DNA from: Promethearchaeota archaeon
Lineage (GTDB): Archaea; Asgardarchaeota; Lokiarchaeia; Sigyniarchaeales; SOKP01
Length of the DNA: 12,194 bases
Direction: 5' to 3'
Assembly (NCBI GenBank): GCA_048939015.1
Contig: JBHLPW010000100.1
Location: 1-12,194, forward strand
Part shown: positions 7,147-12,194 of the stretch, piece after piece
How positions within the stretch are numbered: position 1 is the first letter of the stretch
Layout of the letters: each line of letters opens with the position of its first letter
Position numbers and translations under genes: made by a program
Notes under the pieces: model-generated
The model's database searches: none
The model's input: only the letters and a program-made list of their open reading frames with translations
Told to the model about the DNA's origin: nothing

Positions 7147-8715
7147 TTATGTAGAAAATTTTTGATCAGAAAAATTTAATTTTGAGAAAGCTTCATTTCT
7201 TTTTCGACAAGATGTACAGCTACCACATGGTTGATCTCCATCACTGTAACAGCTCCAAGTCCATTTTAAAGGAACCTTCAATTTTTTCGCTAATTTTACT
7301 ACATCAATTTTAGACATTTTAGCTAAAGGAAATAATAATTTTAATGTGGTCTTATCCTTAAAGTGCTTTCCTTTATTAATAAGATCCTCAAAAGAATTGA
7401 AAAAGAGTGGAGCAGCATCAGGAAAATATTGTGGATCAACAGATATATGACCCCCTATTATGAATTTACATCCAAAAGCTTCAGCATAATAAGATGCTAT
7501 TGAATAAAAAACTAAATTCCTAGAGGGGATAAATCCTTCAGGAGCATGAACAGCACTTGGTATAGGAAATCCTTCTATTCGTAAGTCTATTGATTCCTTC
7601 AGAAATGGTAATGGAATTTCAATAATTTTAATATTGAGACTTTCTGCTAGTTTTTTAGCTGCTTTTTTTTCATTTTTAGGTCTGAGATGATAATTAATTG
7701 AAAGAGCTATTAATTCAAAACCTTCTTGATGTGCCTTGTAAAGTGCAACAGCAGAATCTATCCCACCTGATAATAAAATTATTGCTTTCTTTCCCCTTAC
7801 TTTGGATTTAGGAGTCATTTTCGCTTTAACTGCTTCTTTTATAGCTTCATTTATATCTGATAATTTATATCCAAGTGTTTCAGCTGCGATATTACCATCT
7901 GAGGTTATATCACATCTCATTATATCAATCATTTCTTTACATAGCCCGAGGAGTTCTGGAGCTTGTTCATAACTTATATGGTTAATTCGTGGTTGAGGGA
8001 TATTGAAACCTGATGTTTTCATATTCTGAAAGACTAATTCAACCAATTCAAGCATATTTATAACTTTTGGACCAACAAGATCATAGATTTGATTATTATC
8101 TCCTTTTCCATCGGCAACTGCTAGAAATGCATGAACTGCATCCTTAACAAAAATAGGTTGCATAGGAATTTTACCATTGCCAGCAACATGAACAATCCCA
8201 CTAGCAATTTGGTTTATGATCTCCGGAATTAGTTCATCATCTGGACCTAAAATATAGGATGGTCTAAAAATTATATAGGGAACGGTTCCATTTTTTAATA
8301 ATATTTCTGCTTCTTGTTTTGAATAAAAATAAGCATTAGTAGCCCATTCTTCTGTTCCATATCTATCAACGCCTAAACCTGATGGAAAAATAATTCTAGA
8401 TACATTTGCTTCCTGAGCAGCTTCGATTAATACACGCATCCCATTAATATTGATCTTCTCAAAGAGTTCTTCAGAACCACATACAACACCACGAAAATGA
8501 ATTAATGCTTTGCATCCCTCCAATACTTTACTAAGCTCACTAAAACTAAAATTTCTGATAATAACCGCTTTTGCTCCCAAAGACTCTATATCTTTTGCAG
8601 CATCTTCTCGTCGCACAATACCAATAACATCCCAACCATTTTTGACAGCTTGTATTATCGTTTGTTGTCCTAAATATCCATTAGCTCCGGTTATTACTAA
8701 TTTCTTATATTCCAT
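7147..8715 (-). CDS. queC: Fusion of an NAD(P)-binding SDR/epimerase-like domain (N-terminal) and 7-cyano-7-deazaguanine synthase QueC (C-terminal)
   Basis: N-domain: VITGANGYLG, YFYSK (YxxxK), FRPSYILG, QPIFVKD. C-domain (about 7147-7800): LLSGGIDS PP-loop, IPSRNLVF, FPDAAP, and the Zn site TWSCY...PCGSCTSCRKR. One continuous frame. Start taken as ATG 8715 (MEYKK, preceded by GAGG); 8757 is an alternative. Confidence 0.9.
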   Translation of the reverse strand: MEYKKLVITGANGYLGQQTIIQAVKNGWDVIGIVRREDAAKDIESLGAKAVIIRNFSFSELSKVLEGCKALIHFRGVVCGSEELFEKININGMRVLIEAAQEANVSRIIFPSGLGVDRYGTEEWATNAYFYSKQEAEILLKNGTVPYIIFRPSYILGPDDELIPEIINQIASGIVHVAGNGKIPMQPIFVKDAVHAFLAVADGKGDNNQIYDLVGPKVINMLELVELVFQNMKTSGFNIPQPRINHISYEQAPELLGLCKEMIDIMRCDITSDGNIAAETLGYKLSDINEAIKEAVKAKMTPKSKVRGKKAIILLSGGIDSAVALYKAHQEGFELIALSINYHLRPKNEKKAAKKLAESLNIKIIEIPLPFLKESIDLRIEGFPIPSAVHAPEGFIPSRNLVFYSIASYYAEAFGCKFIIGGHISVDPQYFPDAAPLFFNSFEDLINKGKHFKDKTTLKLLFPLAKMSKIDVVKLAKKLKVPLKWTWSCYSDGDQPCGSCTSCRKRNEAFSKLNFSDQKFST

Positions 8716-8927
8716 TTTGTGAGCATCCTCAAATTTATTATGAAAAGTAAAACTCATATTTATTTTAACTTATAAATAATTATTTTATAGAATTCAATTA
8801 AGTGATGTAAAATGTCTTATTCTAAAGAAAAAATCTTTCATATTTATTATTTTTAAACTTAAAATATAAGATTAAAATTCAAGTATTCAAATAAAATTAC
8901 AGAATATGTAAAAGTAGGTGAAACAAA

Positions 8928-9461
8928 ATAGGAAATATTATCTTCTTACAAGGAGAGAACATTGATTTATTAGTAAAAAATAAGGAACATATTGATATCT
9001 ATGTGAAATGGATAAATGATCCAAGGGTAGGGAAGTTTTTATCAGTATATCTTCCCGAGACTACCGAAGTTATAGAAAAAGAGTGGTTTCCAGAATATCA
9101 GGATGAAAAAAATATATGGTTTGAAATTTGGTATAAAGAAGATCAAAAACCAGTAGGAATGGTTGGTTTATCCAAGATTATCCATCCATATCGTAGAGGA
9201 GAGATCGGAATTTTTATAGGAGAAATAGATTATTGGGGAAAAGGGATCGGTACAGAAGCTGTGAAAATGATACTCGATTATGCGTTCAATGTTTTAAATT
9301 TACATAAAATAGTAGCTGAGGTTAGTGTTACTAATTCTCGTTCGATAGCTATGTTTAACAAACTTGGTTTTAGTGAAGAAGGGACTCTAAAAGATCATGA
9401 GTTTATTAATGGAGACTGGATAGATAATAAGATATTTGGTTTGATTAATAAAAAAAATTGA
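8928..9461 (+). CDS. GNAT N-acetyltransferase, RimJ/RimL family; probable ATA start
   Basis: Motifs GEIGIFIGEIDYWGKGIGTEAV and NSRSIAMFNKLGFSEEG. The frame extends upstream of GTG 9003 through the family-typical IFLQGENIDLL to an in-frame TGA (8919-8921). SD AGGTGA (8916-8921) is followed 6 nt later by ATA. Confidence 0.88.
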   Translation: MGNIIFLQGENIDLLVKNKEHIDIYVKWINDPRVGKFLSVYLPETTEVIEKEWFPEYQDEKNIWFEIWYKEDQKPVGMVGLSKIIHPYRRGEIGIFIGEIDYWGKGIGTEAVKMILDYAFNVLNLHKIVAEVSVTNSRSIAMFNKLGFSEEGTLKDHEFINGDWIDNKIFGLINKKN

Positions 9462-9600
9462 AAAAAGTATTATAAAATAGTATTTCTCTTACCTAAGAAA
9501 CATATACGATTTTATAAACATAAAATATAAAAATGTCAAAGGGCTTGTTGCATACAAAAATGATTATAGTAAATAAAATATTAATGGAGGCAATTTTACT

Positions 9601-10056
9601 ATCGGTTTTAAAATAAGATTAGAGTCCACGAGTATTAAATTTAGTGCATCTCACTTCTTAAAAGAACCAAGCCAATGTTCACGATTACATGGTCATAATT
9701 ACTATGTTTCTGTTGAGATTAGCGATAAATTAGATGATAAGCATTTTGTTGTTAATTTCATTGAATTGAAAGAAAATTTAGAGTCGATAGTGAAGCCTAT
9801 GAACCATTATGTTTTAATCCCAACTGAATCGGACGAGATAAAGATTCGAGAAGAGGAAGATTCTGTTGAGATCACTACTTACAATAAAAGATATGTTTTC
9901 CCCCGATCTGATGTATTTTACATACCTTTACCAGCAACTACAAGTGAGCTTTTAGCAAAATATATTCATGGTAAATTGAAAGAAATATATGAAAACAAAA
10001 AAATCTCAGTTAGAGTGGGCGAAAGTAAAAGTAATATGGCTGAATACTATGATTGA
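9601..10056 (+). CDS. queD: 6-carboxy-5,6,7,8-tetrahydropterin synthase QueD / PTPS family; probable ATC start
   Basis: The in-frame region upstream of the listed TTG (9766) encodes FSASHF and the catalytic CSRLHGHNY; TTSELLA and VGES follow. In-frame stop at 9574-9576. GGAGG at 9586-9590, then ATC at 9601. Confidence 0.9.
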   Translation: MGFKIRLESTSIKFSASHFLKEPSQCSRLHGHNYYVSVEISDKLDDKHFVVNFIELKENLESIVKPMNHYVLIPTESDEIKIREEEDSVEITTYNKRYVFPRSDVFYIPLPATTSELLAKYIHGKLKEIYENKKISVRVGESKSNMAEYYD

Positions 10057-10134
10057 GAACATGTTCAGCCAAATTAATATATTTTTTATAAAGTATTAAA
10101 AATACAAATAAAAAGATATTATTATTCCATTTTA

Positions 10135-11028
10135 ATGGTGACTGAGAAAACCTATAGACTTGGTGTACTTTACGGTATTGGCCCTGAGACAGAGATGTTG
10201 ACTCAGAAGTTTGTAGGTAATCTCATTAATAACGAAGATTTCTGTAAAGCGTGCGAAGTTTTAGAACAAAATGTAAAATGTGATAAGTGTCGAGAGCATT
10301 TAATAAATTTTGCAAATTTTATCTACTTTTATGAAAAGGTAGGAGAAAATATACCTGAGTTTGTTGAAGAACCAGATGAATTTCTCCCAAAAAATCTCCC
10401 TCCTGTTGACTTTTTAATGGTTGTAGGAATCCATCAAGATTTGCTATCTGGACTTCCTTACTATTTAAAAGATAATGGGATTAAAGCGGTCATTGTACCA
10501 ATTGAAGATCCCAAATGGGTTCCTGCCGGACTTCAAGTTCAGGTTCTAAAAGAATTCGAAAAATACGGAATTCAGGCTGCTTTTCCAAAGCCTTTCTGCT
10601 CTTTAAGTAAAGAATTAAATGAATATAATAAAATTGGATTTCATTTAACAAATAAACATAATTTTATTGATGAATTTATTGATTATTTTAAAATTGGGGA
10701 ACCAATAGTTTCATTTTTATTAAGTAAAGATGGGGAATCTATTGAGGATGTTTGTGTTATTCAAAGTGCTCCTTGTGGAAGTACTTATTACATTTGTCAA
10801 CAATTAAAAGCAAAGTATTTCAAGAATGGAAAGAGTGGGAATCTCTCTTTAAATGAAAGAATAAGTAAAGCTCATCATGCCTATCCTTGTAATGCCTCAA
10901 TGGACCAGGATTCAATCCTAAAAGATTCTATACTCCATATAGGAGGATACATAATCCGAAATGCAATTAGAAATGAGTTAAAGCTTGAAACAGAGGAAAA
11001 TCAAAAAATAGTTTACGTTATAAAATGA
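10135..11028 (+). CDS. DUF166 family protein
   Basis: Motifs IPEFVEEPDEFLP, GIHQDL, FPKPFCSL, SAPCGST and YPCNASM recognised as DUF166 from memory; N-terminal CxxC-x8-CxxC. Confidence 0.8.
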   Translation: MVTEKTYRLGVLYGIGPETEMLTQKFVGNLINNEDFCKACEVLEQNVKCDKCREHLINFANFIYFYEKVGENIPEFVEEPDEFLPKNLPPVDFLMVVGIHQDLLSGLPYYLKDNGIKAVIVPIEDPKWVPAGLQVQVLKEFEKYGIQAAFPKPFCSLSKELNEYNKIGFHLTNKHNFIDEFIDYFKIGEPIVSFLLSKDGESIEDVCVIQSAPCGSTYYICQQLKAKYFKNGKSGNLSLNERISKAHHAYPCNASMDQDSILKDSILHIGGYIIRNAIRNELKLETEENQKIVYVIK

Positions 11029-11043
11029 TTTATAAATTCTTTA

Positions 11044-11067
11044 TCTTATTTTTTATAAATAATAAGA
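11044..11067 (+). terminator. Possible terminator/hairpin after DUF166
   Basis: Inverted repeat TCTTATT...AATAAGA enclosing a T-tract, 15 nt after the stop. The AT-rich context weakens the signal. Confidence 0.3.
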
Positions 11068-11178
11068 AAAAAACTGGAAAAGCTATTAATTAAGGCTATT
11101 GATAATCTCAAAGCTTTATACAACATAAATGTTAAGTTCTAATTGAAGTGTAGCCAATCATTATATAGGTGAAAAATT

Positions 11179-12194
11179 ATTACTACTATCGCATGTTCAT
11201 CATCTATCTGTGAAATAGAAGAGGAGGAAAAAGAATCCTTTTTTGAAGAACATTTCTGGTATTTTATCATTCCTGCGGCAACTTTACTTGGAATTTCCAT
11301 ATTTTTAGAATTTGCATTCGGAATAACTTTAGTTGCTCAGATTCTGGCAATTGGTTCAATTATCCTTTCAAGTTCAGGAGTGGTTAAAGAGGCAATAGAG
11401 GATCTTAGTCATAAGAAAATAACGGCAAATTTACTAATGGTAATAGCTGGTGTTGCTTCATTTTTTATTCTTCATGGTCAAGAGGGGGCCACTGCACTAT
11501 TATTATATGCAATAGCTGAAAAACTAGAAGAAATAACAACTGAAAAGTCGAGAAACGCAATCAAAGAATTACTTGAACTTGCTCCTGATGATGCTTTATT
11601 AAAAACTGAAGATGGATATATAAATATCCCCTCGAGGGATGTGAAAATTGGAGATATTGTTGGTATAAAGCCAGGTATGAAAGTTCCTTTAGATGGTGTT
11701 ATTATTAAAGGGAGTTCCTATCTCGATGAAAGCGCAATTACTGGTGAATCTGTTCCTGTTTTTAAAGAGAAAGGTGAAGAAGTTTTTGCTGCTAGTTTAA
11801 ATTCTGAAAGCTTTATTGATATTGAAGTGGTGAGAGAAAGTACAGATACTATTGTAGCTCAAATCGCAGAAAGCGTAAAAATTGCTCAACAAAATAAGAG
11901 TGATCATGAAAAATTTATTGAGAAGTTTGCCAAATATTATACACCAATGATTCTTTTATCATCTATTTTAGTTATGACTATTCCATCAGTATTGGGACTT
12001 AACTTTTATGAGTGGTTCTATCGAGGGTTAGTATTATTAGTGGTTTCATGTCCCTGTGCTTTAACTTTATCTACTCCCTTGGCAAATATCGCATCCTTAA
12101 CAAAGCAGGCGAGAGAGGGAATTTTAGTAAAAGGAAATAAATTTATTGAAAAGCTTCAAGATATCGAAGTGTTCGCGTTTGACAAGACAGGAAC
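11179..12194 (+). CDS. Heavy-metal-translocating P1B-type ATPase (Zn/Cd-like, ZntA/CadA group); runs off the window; probable ATT start
   Basis: My translation gives DESAITGESVPV (A-domain), VVSCPCAL (TM metal site) and FDKTG at the window edge. The frame is open back to TGA 11170-11172, which lies inside SD AGGTGA (11167-11172). ATT 6 nt later gives MTTIACSSSICEIEEEE. Confidence 0.92.
   Translation, partial: MTTIACSSSICEIEEEEKESFFEEHFWYFIIPAATLLGISIFLEFAFGITLVAQILAIGSIILSSSGVVKEAIEDLSHKKITANLLMVIAGVASFFILHGQEGATALLLYAIAEKLEEITTEKSRNAIKELLELAPDDALLKTEDGYINIPSRDVKIGDIVGIKPGMKVPLDGVIIKGSSYLDESAITGESVPVFKEKGEEVFAASLNSESFIDIEVVRESTDTIVAQIAESVKIAQQNKSDHEKFIEKFAKYYTPMILLSSILVMTIPSVLGLNFYEWFYRGLVLLVVSCPCALTLSTPLANIASLTKQAREGILVKGNKFIEKLQDIEVFAFDKTG

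Noticed and set aside
7147-7818. QueC as a defence component (QatC, type IV CBASS, Dpd)
   Set aside because: The domain is canonical in size and motifs, and no TGT/DpdA, cyclase, KAP ATPase or TatD neighbours are present.
3438-8722. Antisense or overlapping ORFs 3438..3644, 6258..6440 and 8510..8722
   Set aside because: They lie opposite well-supported genes or across an AT-rich promoter, with no recognisable motifs.

Overview
AT-rich archaeal window, most consistent with a Lokiarchaeia (Asgard) chromosome. That assignment is inferred from archaeal TATA/BRE promoters, AGGTGA/GGAGG ribosome-binding sites, an archaeal-type tRNA and Asgard-style zinc-ribbon/roadblock-like proteins. Minus strand: an SDR-QueC fusion, two tandem Zn-ribbon + roadblock/profilin-like paralogues, an APH-like kinase, two translationally coupled coiled-coil + winged-helix paralogues, an interrupted tRNA-Ile(GAU), a membrane-anchored hypothetical protein, a TetR with palindromic operators, and a polytopic MCP-like receptor. 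Plus strand: a RimJ/RimL GNAT, QueD, DUF166 and a P1B heavy-metal ATPase. Most notable: (1) three plus-strand genes appear to start at non-AUG Ile codons (ATA, ATC, ATT) at normal spacing from clear SD motifs; (2) the tRNA-Ile is interrupted at position 7/8 and has two alternative 5' acceptor strands; (3) QueC is fused to an NAD(P)-binding SDR domain near QueD and a GNAT; (4) a probable coiled-coil/winged-helix heterodimer of unknown function lies next to a kinase. No mobile elements or CRISPR arrays were seen.
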